Positions 26,965 through 41,074 of a stretch of 64,000 nt of DNA are shown piece after piece. How positions within the stretch are numbered: position 1 is the stretch's first letter; the number at the start of each line of letters is the position of its first letter. Position numbers and translations under genes: made by a program. Source of the stretch: Eledone cirrhosa (Eukaryota); the NCBI GenBank assembly GCA_964016885.1, contig OZ024747.1, positions 93,887,929 to 93,951,928 on the forward strand, written 5' to 3'. Under the pieces are notes generated by a model. It was not told where the DNA came from and did not search any database. It worked only from the letters and a program-made list of their open reading frames with translations.

Positions 26965-27529
26965 CACATACACACAAGTACTTCCCTGACATTTGTGTAT
27001 TATTCTATGTACTATATTGACGAGTTGTAGTGCACCTGAGCACTTTACACAATAATTTCATTATTATTTTATACACAACACCACCAGCTCTCTCTCTCCT
27101 TCTCTCTTTGTCTCTCTTTCAATCTATTCTGTCACAACCACTCTCTCTCTCTCTCTCTCTATTTATGAAGGTACCCCAGAAACTCCATATCTCAGGAACC
27201 CATGCTCTGATTTACTCGAAACTTGTATATTCCATTTGTATTCCCATTTCAGGGTCAACTTCCTTTCAAGGTATTTTCCCATTATGTGCCCTTTTGGCTG
27301 TATTACATTACATTACATAGATATTTTTATCTAAAGGCATTTTTTCGTATTCCAACCCTGCCCGTCCCCTCAATCTATTTTATTTCTCATTCTTTCTTCT
27401 GATGAAGGACTAGTGTCCAAAACGTTAAGACCCTCTTCCTGCTATATCAAGTGTTAACCTAATATATCCCTTCCATATACTGTACCGATTGTGTTGTTAT
27501 TTCTGTTTACCTTTTATATACATATATAT

Positions 27530-28500
27530 AGTTTGTTCCATGGAGGTTTTAAAGGATGCAGTGTCTCAACAGCTAACAACTGATGCAGGTAGTTTGTTCC
27601 ATGGAGATTTTAAAGGATGCAGTGTCTCGGCAGCTAACAACTGATGCAGGTAGTTTGTTCCATGGAGATTTTAAAGGATGCAGTGTCTCGACAGCTAACA
27701 ACTGATGCAGGTAGTTTGTTCCATGGAGGTTTTAAAGGATGCAGTGTCTCGGCAGCTAACAACTGATGTAGGTAGTTTGTTCCATGGAGGTTTTAAAGGA
27801 TGCAGTGTCTCGACAGCTAACAACTGATGCAGGTAGTTTGTTCCATGGAGATTTTAAAGGATGCAGTGTCTCGACAGCTAACAACTGATGCAGGTAGTTT
27901 GTTTCATGGAGGTTTTAAAGGATGCAGTGTCCCGACAGCTAACAACTGATGCAGGTAGTTTGTTCCATGGAGGTTTTAAAGGATGCAGTGTCTCGACAGC
28001 TAACAACTGATGCAGGTAGTTTGTTCCATTCTTCAGCAACTCTGAGTGTGAAAAAATATTTCCGAAAGTCATGGGAACTGTACTGTTTTCTGACTTTGTG
28101 GACATGTCCACATGTGTTAGACACATGGAAATCAAAAAGGTGCTCAGGGTTGTTGTTGGCGAGATGGTTAACAATTTTGTGGGTGTTTACCAAGTCAGTT
28201 GCCAGGCATCGGAGCTTCAATGTATCCATGCCCAGGGAAGCAAGGCGCTCAGAGTATGGTAGATGCCTGATGGAAGGTATTCGTTTGGTTGCACGTCTCT
28301 GAACAGTTTCCAGGCGGTCAATGTTCTGAGCAAGATAGAGGTTCCAGACTGGTGATGCAAATTCTAAGTGTGGCCGCACCATAGCCATGTACAGCCTTAA
28401 ATAGATAGCTGGAGAGCGGCTGACAAAGGTCTTGCTGAGTGATGCTAAGACACCCTCGGCCCTCTTGACAATTTTAGAGACGTGATTCGTCCAACACAAA
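27530..28500 (-). mobile_element. CR1 3' fragment (28030-28500) running into ~8 copies of the 61-bp unit
   Basis: Homologous to 26400-26935. Confidence 0.88.
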
Positions 28501-28892
28501 TCATTGTTATATATTCACACACTTTTCTACACACACACACACATACAGATACATAATTTACTTTAATGATATCTTGCTGTAGGTAGATGTACAGCCTCCG
28601 TAGCTGGTTGCTATGGGCCATCTCTAGGGACGACATCTCCCTAGCAACATCCCAGATGTCGATGTGGACGACGGAAGACCTGAGTTGGCATTGAAAAAGC
28701 ATCGATAGAAACTGGAACACGTTCTGTCTAGTTGCTGTGGTGGTGGTGATGATGTGGTGGCCTTCATACATTGCTGTGAGGTCATCGAAAGAGATAGTAA
28801 CTGGGCGAACCACCTGGAAAGAGAAAGACAGAGAGTCTGAGAGGAGGAGTGAAAGTGAGTAAAGGGAAAAGAGGGACAGACATATATATCTA

Positions 28893-29570
28893 TAACCCTT
28901 TAGTGTTCAAACCGGCCAAAACTGGCCAGAGTTCTCTACCTCTTTCTGTTGAAACTGGCTGTAACTGGTCACTCAATCTGATGTTAAGGTATTGTTCTCA
29001 AAATAAATACTTTCAAAATCTCATAGATTCGATATTATGTGAGATATTATGTGAGGTAAAGCCTTTACTGTGACAATACAATAGAATATATAGAGTAATG
29101 TAAATGTTATGTGAGATATTATATGAGGTAAAGCCTTTACTGTGACAATACAATAGTATATATAGAGTAATGTAAATGTTATGTGAGATATTATGTGAGG
29201 TAAAGCCTTTACTGTGAAAATACAATAGAATATATAGAGTAATGTAAATGTTATGTGAGATATGTGAGGTAAAGCCTTTACTGTGACAATACAATAGTAT
29301 ATATAGAGTAATGTAAATGTTATGTGAGATATTATGTGAGGTAAAGCCTTTACTGTGAAAATACAATAGTATATATAGAGTAATGTAAATGTTATGTGAG
29401 GTAAAGCCTTTACTGTGAAAATATAATAGTATATATAGAGTAATGTAAATGTTATGTGAGATAGTATGTGAGGTAAAGCCTTTACTGTGAAAATACAATA
29501 CTATATATAGAGTAATGTAAATGTTATGTGAGATATTATGTGAGGTAAAGCCTTTACTGTGAAAATACAA
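28893..29570. repeat. 72-bp minisatellite (~7.5 units) with the taaccctttag terminus
   Basis: Inverted homologue of 17780-18124. Confidence 0.82.
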
Positions 29571-29859
29571 AAGTATACCTCATACCTATAATTGCACACA
29601 CACACACACATATGTATTAAAAACAATCCTATGTATATAAATGTGACCTGGATGTCATGAGTGATAGATCTGTTGAGTTGGTTCAGTAGAGATATGGTGT
29701 GTTCCTTCAAGATTAGGAGGCTGTCATTCTTCTCCCGTACAAATGTTTCCAATATTTCTAGAAATTTCTCATTCTGTGACATTAGGGATACAACTAAAGA
29801 GAAAAAAAAAAAAAAAATAGATTGCTCGGAATTTAAACCGTTATTTTTCAAATAAGATA

Positions 29860-31516
29860 TAACCCTAACTGTAGCCCCTATTTTACTACCAGATATAATC
29901 TTAACCCTAACAGCCACCTACCCTTTTTTCATACCAGATATAACCCAAACCCTAATTCTAACTCCTGAAAACAAACTAACCCCTTTTTTCATACCAGATT
30001 TAACCCAAACCTTAACACTAACCCCTGAAAACAAACTAACCCCTTTTTTTCATACCAGATATAACCCAAACCTTAACACTAATCCCTGAAAACAAACTAA
30101 CCCCTTTTTTTCATACCAAATATAACCCAAACCCTAACACTTATCGTGGAGAACTCGTGTGTATGAATGTAACAAGGAGACATGGTTTGTGTGTATAATA
30201 TTTAATTAACAATCATGGATATATATAGAACAGTATAGTTGACATGTCAAAGAAATAGATGATAGAATGAAGCAAAGTTAGTAGTTACCGTTTTGATTGC
30301 CAGGCAAACGCAGCTGGCAGAAGACGCCTGGCTAAGGCCAGGGCCGGAAGGGAAAATGAGAGAGTGAGAACTTAAAGTTGTTAGTTTTATAGGGTTCTGA
30401 CCGGAAGTTACAGAAAGGGTTCTACTTCCCGTCTAGATGTTGTTAATCTATTGGGGTTGTGAGTCACAACAAGGGAGGCAACTGCTACACACTAACCCCT
30501 TTTTTTCATACCAGATATAACCCAAACCCTAACACTAACCCCTGAAAACAAACTAACCCCTTTTTTTCATACCAGATATAACCCAAACCCTAACACTAAC
30601 CCCTGAAAACAAACTAACCCCTTTTTTTCATACCAGATATAACCCAAACCCTAACACTAACCCCTGAAAACAAACTAACCCCTTTTTTTCATACCAGATA
30701 TAACCCAAACCCTAAATCTAACTCCTGAAAACAAACTAACCGTTTTTTTCATACCAGATATAACCCAAACCTTAACACTAACCCCTTTTTTTCATACCAG
30801 ATATAACCCAAACCTTAACACTAGCCCCTGAAAATAAACTAACCCCTTTTTTTCATACCAGATATAACCTAAACCTTAACACTAACCCCTGAAAACAAAC
30901 TAAACCCTTTTTTTCATACCAGATATAACCCAAACCCTAACACTAACCCCTGAAAACAAACTAATCCCTTTTTTTCATACCAGATATAACCCAAACCCGA
31001 ACACTAACCCCTGAAAACAAACTAACCCCTTTTTTTTCATACCAAATATAACCCAAACCTTAACACTAACCCCTGAAAACAAACTAACCCCTTTTTTTAA
31101 TACCAGATATAACCCAAACCTTAACACTAACCCCTGAAAACAAACTAACCCCTTTTTTTCATACCAGATATAACCCAAACCCTAAATCTAACCCCTGAAA
31201 ACAAACTAACCCCTTTTTTTCATACCAGATATAACCCAAACCTTAACACTAATCCCTGAAAACAAACTAACCCCTTTTTTTCATACCAGATATAACCCAA
31301 ACCTTAACACTAGCCCCTGAAAACAAACTAACCCCTTTTTTTCATACCAGATATAACCCAAACCTTAACACTAACCCCTGAAAACAAACTAACCCCTTTT
31401 TTTCATACCAGATATAACCCAAACCTTAACACTAACCCCTGAAAACAAACTATCCCCTTTTTTTCATACAGATATAACCCAAACCTTAACACTAACCCCT
31501 GAAAACAAACTAACCT
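29860..31516 (+). repeat. ~61-bp minisatellite rich in degenerate TAACCC hexamers
   Basis: Unit cccctgaaaacaaactaacccctttttttcataccagatataacccaaacc(c/t)taacactaa, ~20 copies, interrupted at 30142-30489. Confidence 0.9.
30142..30489 (-). mobile_element. Solo LTR (348 bp), Gypsy-like 4-bp target site duplication
   Basis: CACT is duplicated at 30138-30141 and 30490-30493. The minus strand starts TGTAGC and ends ACGATA, with internal TATAAAA and ATTAAA. Confidence 0.7.
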
Positions 31517-31607
31517 CTTGATCAGGCAGATATACACATGTGTATGTGTATATACATGTATGTGTATATTTGTGTGTGTGTATGTAAGTGTATATATATA
31601 TATATAT

Positions 31608-32257
31608 ATATTATATATAGAGTTATAAACTCAAATAGTCTTTTACAATTAAATAGCTCAAAGAAAGGCATATTTCTGAGCCGTGTAATACAAATGAATA
31701 TATGATAGGGTTAAACACTGATACAAGTATACATGTGTTTGCATTGCAAATGACCATTTGTATTACACGGCTCGGAAATATGCCTTTCTTTGAGCTATTT
31801 AATTGTAAAAGACTATTTGAGTTTATAACTCTATATATAATATTCTCGGCTCCACGCGTTGAGCTAATTTTTAGTCCCATAACACCGGCTGCTATTTTTA
31901 GCGGCATGAGTATGAGACAAGCTAGACACTGCGACACATGTGCTTTCAACAACACATTTCTCCCAGTCTTCTTAAGTATTTTGAAGTGAAACTTACCAAT
32001 TTCTGGATACCTGCAGAAGAGCACAGGAAAGGAACTTTCACTTAATTGTTGCGAAACAAATTTAAAATTTAAAATTTGTCCAGGTATCACGGCTATTGCC
32101 AATATAGGTTTGTTTTTATTGATTTAATATTTTAAATCGAGACAGGCAAATCGTATTATTTTAATTAGTATTTTTCAATCTAGCTAACTTGGTCATTTGC
32201 AATGCAAACACATGTATACTTGTATCAGTGTTTATCCCTATCATATATTCATTTGTA
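31608..32257 (+). mobile_element. Non-coding element (495-bp monomer) with an inverted 5' arm spanning the monomer junction
   Basis: 31608-31696 is the reverse complement of 31755-31843, and 31689-31755 is the reverse complement of 32191-32257. Both ends lie in (TA)n. Confidence 0.6.
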
Positions 32258-32439
32258 TATATATGTATATATATACAAATGGCTTAATTTAAATGTATGG
32301 GATTTAAACTCTCCGACACTAATTTGCATAATAGACCAATAATAAAATTAGTAACCCCACTATCCGGGAGCTTCCAACAGACATGGTCGCATTCTTTTAA
32401 GGGTATGTGAATATTTGTTTATAAAACTGATCTATATTA

Positions 32440-32504
32440 TATTTTATCTGATGAAAGCGCACCATCATTTGCTTTAGTGTCCTTGAAATATGTATAATGA
32501 AATA
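32440..32504 (+). ncRNA. Hammerhead in a solo PLE-B-related pseudo-LTR
   Basis: CTGATGA(32448)...GAAA(32485)tatgtATA-atgaaata; homologous to 11367-11432. Confidence 0.72.
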
Positions 32505-33129
32505 AATATGGTTTTATAAATATAGTTTCCATTTGTTAATATATTGTATATATATATATATATATATATGTATATGTGGGTGTGTGAATGTGTGTGTGTA
32601 TAAATGTTTATATGTATGTGTGTGTGTAGATATGTGTGTGTTTGTGTATAAATGTATATATATAAAATTATATATGTGCATGTGTGTGTATGTGTTTGTA
32701 TGTGTATGTGTGTGTTTGGGTATATGTGTGTATGTTTGTATGTGTGTTTGTAGGAATGTGTATGTGTGTGTATGTATGTATGTGTGCATATGTGTATGTA
32801 TTTGAGTGTGTGTGTGTGTATGTATGCGTGTGTGTGTGTTTGGATGTGTGTGTGTATGTGTGTTTAGTTGTTTTGTATGTGTGTAGGTATATGTGTGTGT
32901 GTGTGTGAGCAGGGTACCACAATACATACCATTGCTGTTGCTAGGTGCACCACTGTTGCTGCTAAGGAGGTGTCTGAGCATTAATGTGAGGTGATGTATG
33001 ATGTTCTCTAGCGTCTTCCGTTGGTCAGCCTCGGACATGTCCAGCCGTAGAGACAGGTTTACCACTGAGAACGATAGACATATATCATATATATATATAT
33101 ATATATAGTTAGGCAGCGGGACAGGCAGA

Positions 33130-35423
33130 TAGTGTCTAATACCAAGGCATACCCTGGGGAGGAATGTACCCCACAGCATAGGTTAGTCGTTAGTGATATC
33201 TCAGTAAGCAAGAGATGGAATGAGACATATAGGAAGGTGTGGAGAAGAAAGGTCTGGAAGCTAAAAGACCTTTCACGAAAATACAAATTTAGGAAAGCCC
33301 TTCAAGATGTATATGACGAAAAAGAAGACGCTTTAGAGACGTATGACATAGATAATAACTGGAATTTCTTACGTGACAACTTGCTGCAGGCTACTGATGA
33401 AACTTGTGGCTGGAGCAGACCTCCAACCAGATAGAGAGTGACCTGGTGGTGGAACAGCACAGTAGATAAGGCCATTAGAGACAAAACACTAGCAGGGAAG
33501 GCTTGGAAAAAGGGTGGGAGTAGGGAAGAATATACAGCCACTAAGAGAGAAGCTAGACGTCAGGTGTACTTAGCACGCAGGGCGGCGGAGAGTAGGAGGT
33601 TTGCCAATGTTCTGCGACGGGAAGATCAGAGGCGTGCGGTGTTCCACATTGCAAGGCAGTGTGTCAATGCAAATCAGGATGTTGTTGGAGATAAATGTGT
33701 CCGGGATGATGCCGGTGTACTTAGTGTCACGAATGATCAGAAAAAGGAGGCCTGAAAATGTCATTATGAGAGACTGATGAATGTGGAGAACGAATGGGAG
33801 AGAGAGAAATTACCCTTAGTAGATCCGACAGAGGGACCAGCTATTGAGATTGACGAATATAGGATCCAAGAGGCAATTAGGGAAATGAAAAATGGTAAGG
33901 CTGCTGGACCATCGGGAATAGTTGCTGAGATGCTGAAGGCATCAGGGGACGTAGGCACTAAATTGGTTGCACGCATCATCAATCAGGCTATATATGGTGG
34001 TGTCATACCCAAAGACTGGTGCAGCAGTATTCTCATAAATTGCTACAAAGGTAAAGGGGATGCTCTGGAGAGGAGCAATTATAGGGGTATAAAACTGATA
34101 GATCAGGTTATGAAAGTGGCAGAAAGGATATTAGCACAACTAATTAGAGAAAGGGTCAAACTAGATGAGATGCAGTTTGGTTTTGTGCCTGGGAAGAGTA
34201 CAACAGATGTCCTCTTCTTGGTGAGACAATTCCAAGAGAGGTTCTTAGAGAAAAATAAGCCACTATACTTAGCCTTTGATAGGGTACCCCGATCTGTCAT
34301 CTGGTGGTCCCTAAGGAAGCTTGGTGTTGAGGAATGGCTTGTGAGGACAGTACAAACTTTGTACAGAGGTACTGTCAGTAAAGTCAGGGTAGGAATGGAG
34401 TTTAGTGAGGAATTCCAGATACAAGTAGGAGTACATCAAGGTTCGATCCTCAGCCCGCTCTTGTTCATTATAGTCCTCCAAGCCATAACAGAGGAGTTTA
34501 AGACTGGCTGTCCATGGGAACTTCTCTATGCTGACGATCTGGTTCTTATAGCAGAATCAGTAGAGGAGCTAGAGAATAAATTCTGGCTATGGAAACAGCA
34601 GTTGAAAGCAAGAGGACTGAGAGTGAACCTAGCTAAGACAAAAGTGTTGATGAGTAGAAAAGAGGACAAAACTCTGATTCCGTCAGGGAAATGGCCATGT
34701 TCGATATGCAGAAAAGGAACTGGCATAAATTCTATAAGATGCACACAATGCAGATCCTGGGTACACAAGGGATGGAGTGGGATAGCAGGCAAACTAACAT
34801 GTAGGGAGAAATATATATAGATGTATAGGGAAATTAGACAGTAGAAGTCGCATTGATAGACACATTTTTCAAATGCAGGAGGCGCTATAGAAGTGGTTGA
34901 TAGCTTCCGGTACCTAGGAGATCAGATTAGCATGGGAGGAGGGTGTTCCGAGGCCATAGTATCTAGAATAAAGACGGGTTGGAAGAAGCTTAGGGAGCTG
35001 CTTTCTCTGTTGACGAAGAAGGGTTTCTCCCTGCGTACGAAAGGCCGGTTGTATGATGCCTGTGTGAGGAGCGCGATGCTGCATGGTAGGGAGACATGGG
35101 CAGCAACTGCAGAGGATATGCGACGGCTGGAGAGAAATGAGGCAAGCATGCTCCGTTGGATGTGCAGTGTAAATGTGCGTGAACGACCCATGTCATGCGC
35201 ATGGAGGATGACTGATGGGTGCAGAAGTGCCAGGAAATGCCAGTTGAAGGAAGACGTGGTAGAGGTAGACCACGAAAAACATGGACGGAGGTGGTGAGAA
35301 CAGACCTCAGATCATTGAAGCTCACGGTGGAGATGACCGTGATGAGTGGAGAGATGCTGTTCTGAATAAGACCTGTCCCACCCTTGCAAGCAGGGAAAAG
35401 CGGACGTAAAATGATGATGATGA
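33130..35423 (+). mobile_element. RTE-clade LINE, 5'-truncated, with in-frame stops and deletions
   Basis: PQHRLVV, KAAGPSG, NYRGIKL, QFGF, GVHQGS, LLYADD, PHD-like CSIC..CTQC..WVH, FRYLG; (GAT)n tail. Confidence 0.93.
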
Positions 35424-35676
35424 ATGACATTCATTTGATTTATTGATTTATTGATATTTTATCTGAGTGTCCCGAATCTTCCAGATCGTAATTTTTCGGT
35501 CGTATGGTTGATTTTAGATATGTTCTATGTGTGTCGGTATTTTAACGATAGTTATAGCTCTGATTTATCTGAATTATTTAGCCCTCTGCCGCTCATTTCG
35601 AATTTTGTTTATCGTGAACTCGTGCGCCGATTTTTCGATGCTCGATTATTCTACTATATATATGTATATATATATA

Positions 35677-35731
<55 letters not shown>

Positions 35732-35738
<7 letters not shown>

Positions 35739-36188
35739 AAGTTATATTTAAAATTGTTGGGTTACAACTAGTAAATATTTATAACTGATATAAAAGCACT
35801 CGACAAATACTTGGAGTATATTTACAATATTAAATAAATGGAAAACTATATTTATAAAACCATATTTATTTCATTATATATATTTCGGGGATATCATATT
35901 AACAATATGCTATGCCTTCATCAGACAAAATACAATATAAACAGTTTTATAGATAAATATATTCGACATACCGTAATAAACATCAACTTCATTTGAAGAG
36001 GTTTACTCTAGCAGTGAAAATACAGAGAGAAAGAAAGAGAGAGAGAAAAGAGGGAAATAAGAAAGAAAGAAAGACAAAACGAAGAAAAGGAAGAAAAAGA
36101 AGAAAAAGAAAAAGAAGAAATGCATGGGACAAAATAGAGAGATGGAAAAATAGATAAAGCGAAGAGCTTCATGTAAAGAGACAGAAAG

Positions 36189-36220
<32 letters not shown>

Positions 36221-36307
36221 GAAATAGAGATAGATACATATATAAATATAGATATAGAAAAATTAGGTAGTGGGAGGTCATTTTGAGTAAGTGTATCAAT
36301 GATGCAT

Positions 36308-36342
<35 letters not shown>

Positions 36343-39300
36343 GCTCAAGTATTAATGTAAGGGAGATATATAGAGAGATATAGAGAGATATAGAGAGAGA
36401 AAAAATTTAAAAATAGCCAGACATATTCGAGGCGTAGAAAACCCTATGTTTTAATGTATTAGTATTTATAAAACTTACACTATATTGTAAATATCAGTAT
36501 TCCTGAATGAAACAAGTATTCACAATGCGTGAAAATTCATTATCTTATGTTTAGTTTTTTAAAAAATTCATATGTCTATTTGAATTCAACTGATTCACTC
36601 CGCAAATTCAAAGTTACCGGAAAACATTCTCAATGTGGTATAAAAATTTGAGCGTATTATTATTCTTGCGATTACTCTACAAGATTATCTATCAAGCAGA
36701 AATAGAGAGCAGATTTCAATATACTAATCGAAAATATATATTATATTATAAGCAGAGATAACAATAATAATGATAATAAGTAAAAATATATAAAAATATA
36801 AAAATATAGAATAGAAAACTAAAAAAGAATATTACGAAAGAATATTACATAATAAAAATATTGCATATTAAAAATACTACGTATTAAAAATATTACGTAT
36901 TAAAACTTTACATATAAAAAAATATTAAAAATAAAAATTTACATATAAAAATATTAAAAATAAAAATAAAATAAAATAAAAAATAAAAATATTATAGAAT
37001 ACTACAATACTAAAAGAATAAAAATAAAAATAAAAATAAAAATAAAAATAAAAATAAAAATAAAAATAAAAATAAAAATAAAAATAAAAATAAAAATAAA
37101 AATAAAAATAAAAATAAAAATAAAAATGAAAATAAAAATAAACCACAAAGAACAACCCTTCAAAGTTAATTGACAATATATTGCCAAGTTCACTACAAGA
37201 CAAAGCCAAAAATTATCTATCAAATCACGTCTAGCAAGGAATATCGCAAAAAAGATTATGATGTCCAATAATGTCTACATATGTTCCTATATTTAATATA
37301 TAAGTTTATAAAGTGTAAGGTTAATTCAAAAAATTTGGAGCATCGGCTTTTAGGGTAGCTTAATTTTTCATGAGGAATGTTTAGATAAAAATAAAAATAA
37401 AAATAAAAATAAAAATAAATAAAATAAAATAAACAATAAAAAGAGTAAAAAGAGGGAATCAAAGATTTAGGAATCAAAAGATTTATCGGCTAGTTCTCAT
37501 ATAAATATAAATCAAACTAAATATACTACATTTTAAATTTAAATTTATATTTAAACGTTGAGTTTAATCTATGTTTGCAACAACTGAATAAATTTGTCCG
37601 TAGGTTAAGGGAATTTTTAGATTTTAGTATAAAGAATATCTCCTCTGCGCAGAGGTCACATGTCTCAGAGGATGAATTAAAAGGAATCCCTCTTGAGACT
37701 ATATTCCAAGCCGTCGAATATCTAACGTTATCTAGCTTAAGTTGCCAGAGTACACCTGATAGTGCCGTTGAAGATTTTTTATTTGGATCTGTGAAAGAAT
37801 TCTTGTGGTTATTATAGCGAAGTTTAAATTCCGTCGATGTGGAACCGACGTAGTTAAAAGAATTAGAGTCAGTATTAACATTACAATTGTATACTATATT
37901 TTTAACTAAGCAGTTGTTATTTAACGGACATTTAGATCTATCTCTACAGTTACATTTGTTAACTTGTATATTATTTATGCTATTATCAGTAGGTTTTAAG
38001 TTCCTATTATTTATTCTATTAATATTTTGTGCTAAATTTTTGGTGGATGAGTAGGTTAATTTAATTGTATGCCTATTGAAGATTGAGTGGTACCTATGTG
38101 TTCTAGGGAAGCGATTATCAAGAGCTTTGAAAAATAATTTAGCGATGTGGGTTTTAATGTTTAGTGAGAAAATCTAAAAATTCCCTTAACCTACGGACAA
38201 ATTTATTCAGTTGTTGCAAACATAGATTAAACTCAACGTTTAAATATAAATTTAACTTTAAAATGTAGTATATTTAGTTTGATTTATATTTATATGAGAA
38301 CTAGCCGATAAATCTTTTGATTCCTAAATCTTTGATTCCCTCTTTTTACTCTTTTTATTGTTTATTTTATTTTATTTATTTTTATTTTTATTTTTATTTT
38401 TATTTTTATCTAAACATTCCTCATGAAAAATTAAGCTACCCTAAAAGCCGATGCTCCAAATTTTTTGAATTAACCTTACACTTGATAAACTTATATATTA
38501 AATATAGGAACATATGTAGACATTATTGGACATCATAATCTTTTTTGCGATATTCCTTGCTAGATGTGATTTGATAGATAATTTTTGGCTTTGTCTTGTA
38601 GTGAACTTGGCAATATATTGTCAATTAACTTTGAAGGGTTGTTCTTTGTGGTTTATTTTTATTTTCATTTTTATTTTTATTTTTATTTTTATTTTTATTT
38701 TTATTTTTATTTTTATTCTTTTAGTATTGTAGTATTCTATAATATTTTTATATTTTTATTTTTTATTTTATTTTATTTTTATTTTTAATATTTTTATATG
38801 TAAATTTTTATTTTTAATATTTTTTTATATGTAAAGTTTTAATACGTAATATTTTTAATACGTAGTATTTTTAATATGCAATATTTTTATTATGTAATAT
38901 TCTTTCGTAATATTCTTTTTTAGTTTTCTATTCTATATTTTTATATTTTTATATATTTTTACTTATTATCATTATTATTGTTATCTCTGCTTATAATATA
39001 ATATATATTTTCGATTAGTATATTGAAATCTGCTCTCTATTTCTGCTTGATAGATAATCTTGTAGAGTAATCGCAAGAATAATAATACGCTCAAATTTTT
39101 ATACCACATTGAGAATGTTTTCCGGTAACTTTGAATTTGCGGAGTGAATCAGTTGAATTCACATAGACATATGAATTTTTTAAAAAACTAAACATAAGAT
39201 AATGAATTTTCACGCATTGTGAATACTTGTTTCATTCAGGAATACTGATATTTACAATATAGTGTAAGTTTTATAAATACTAATACATTAAAACATAGGG

Positions 39301-39399
39301 TTTTCTACGCCTCGAATATGTCTGGCTATTTTTAAATTTTTTCTCTCTCTATATCTCTCTATATCTCTCTATATATCTCCCTTACATTAATACTTGAGC

Positions 39400-39434
<35 letters not shown>

Positions 39435-40085
39435 ATGCATCATTGATACACTTACTCAAAATGACCTCCCACTACCTAATTTTTCTATATCTATATTTAT
39501 ATATGTATCTATCTCTATTTCCTCTCTCTCTCTCTATATATATATATCTCTTTCTGTCTCTTTACATGAAGCTCTTCGCTTTATCTATTTTTCCATCTCT
39601 CTATTTTGTCCCATGCATTTCTTCTTTTTCTTTTTCTTCTTTTTCTTCCTTTTCTTCGTTTTGTCTTTCTTTCTTTCTTATTTCCCTCTTTTCTCTCTCT
39701 CTTTCTTTCTCTCTGTATTTTCACTGCTAGAGTAAACCTCTTCAAATGAAGTTGATGTTTATTACGGTATGTCGAATATATTTATCTATAAAACTGTTTA
39801 TATTGTATTTTGTCTGATGAAGGCATAGCATATTGTTAATATGATATCCCCGAAATATATATAATTGTTTCTACTTTAGGCACAAGGCCAGCAACTACCC
39901 AGTGCCTCACTGGTACTTTATTTTATCGACCCCGTAAGGATGAAAGGCAAAGTCAACCTCGGCGGGATTTGAACTCAGATCGTAAAGGGACGTAACTATG
40001 CTAGAAAGCATGGCGTCCGACCCTCTACCGATACTACCAATCCACCTATATATAATGAAATAAATATGGTTTTATAAATATAGTT
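35732..40085. mobile_element. PLE family B insertion: minus arm 38171-35732 and plus arm 38169-40085 (head-to-head)
   Basis: Both arms match 47662-50017. Hammerheads lie at 35867-35932 (-) and 39806-39865 (+, disrupted). Flanked by (TA)n. Confidence 0.92.
39866..40046 (-). mobile_element. tRNA-derived SINE (second family) with 10-bp TSD tatatataat
   Basis: Minus strand has an A-box-like tggtagtatcgg and B box gagttcaaatcc; TSD at 39856-39865 and 40047-40056. Confidence 0.82.
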
Positions 40086-40100
40086 TTCCATTTATTTAAT

Positions 40101-40318
<218 letters not shown>

Positions 40319-40678
40319 GGAGACACATGGCTTTGTGGTTAGAACATTGGCCTTGCAATCGAAAGGTTGTGAGTTCAATTCTCAGACCGGGTGATGTGTT
40401 GTTTCCTTGAGCAAGACACTTTATTTCACATTGCTCCAGTTTACTCAGCTGTAGAAATGAGATGATAGGGATTGGGGTCCATATCATTCCACTGCAAAGT
40501 GGTCGTGCAGGCACCATGGCAAAGAAGCACCCAGCACTCACTGTAAATGAGGTTGGTGTTAGGAAGGGCATCCAGCTGTAGAAATCAAGCCAGAATCAGT
40601 TCCCGTCCCACCCTTGCAAACAGGGAAAAAGCGGACGTAAAATGAAATGATGATGATGAAATGATATATATATATATG

Positions 40679-40733
<55 letters not shown>

Positions 40734-41074
40734 AGAATTCACAGGAATCAAAGTTATGTTCAAACCATTTATTAGTGGGATAGCAGTAGAACAACTGATG
40801 TTATTACATTGTAGAAATGAGATGATAGGGACACGGGTCCCTATCATTCCACTGTAAAGTGGTCGTGGAGGTGCCACGGCAAAAAAGCACCCAGCACTCA
40901 CTGTAAAGTGGTCGTGGAGGTGCCACGGCAAAAAAGCACCCACCACTCAATGTAAATGAGGTTGGTGTTAGGAAGGGCATCCAGATGTAGAAATCAAGCC
41001 AGAATCAGTTCCCGTCCCACCCTTGCAAGCAGGGAAAAGCGGACGTAAAATGATGATGATGATGATGATGATGA
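40319..41074 (+). mobile_element. CORE-like SINE (40319-40663) and a 5'-truncated second copy (40811-41074)
   Basis: Homologous to 17126-17458. Confidence 0.85.

Noticed and set aside
29013-29570. 24-aa repeat protein (HSKGFTSHNISHN) resembling a zinc finger
   Set aside because: No CxxC pair; the open frame follows from the 72-bp unit length.
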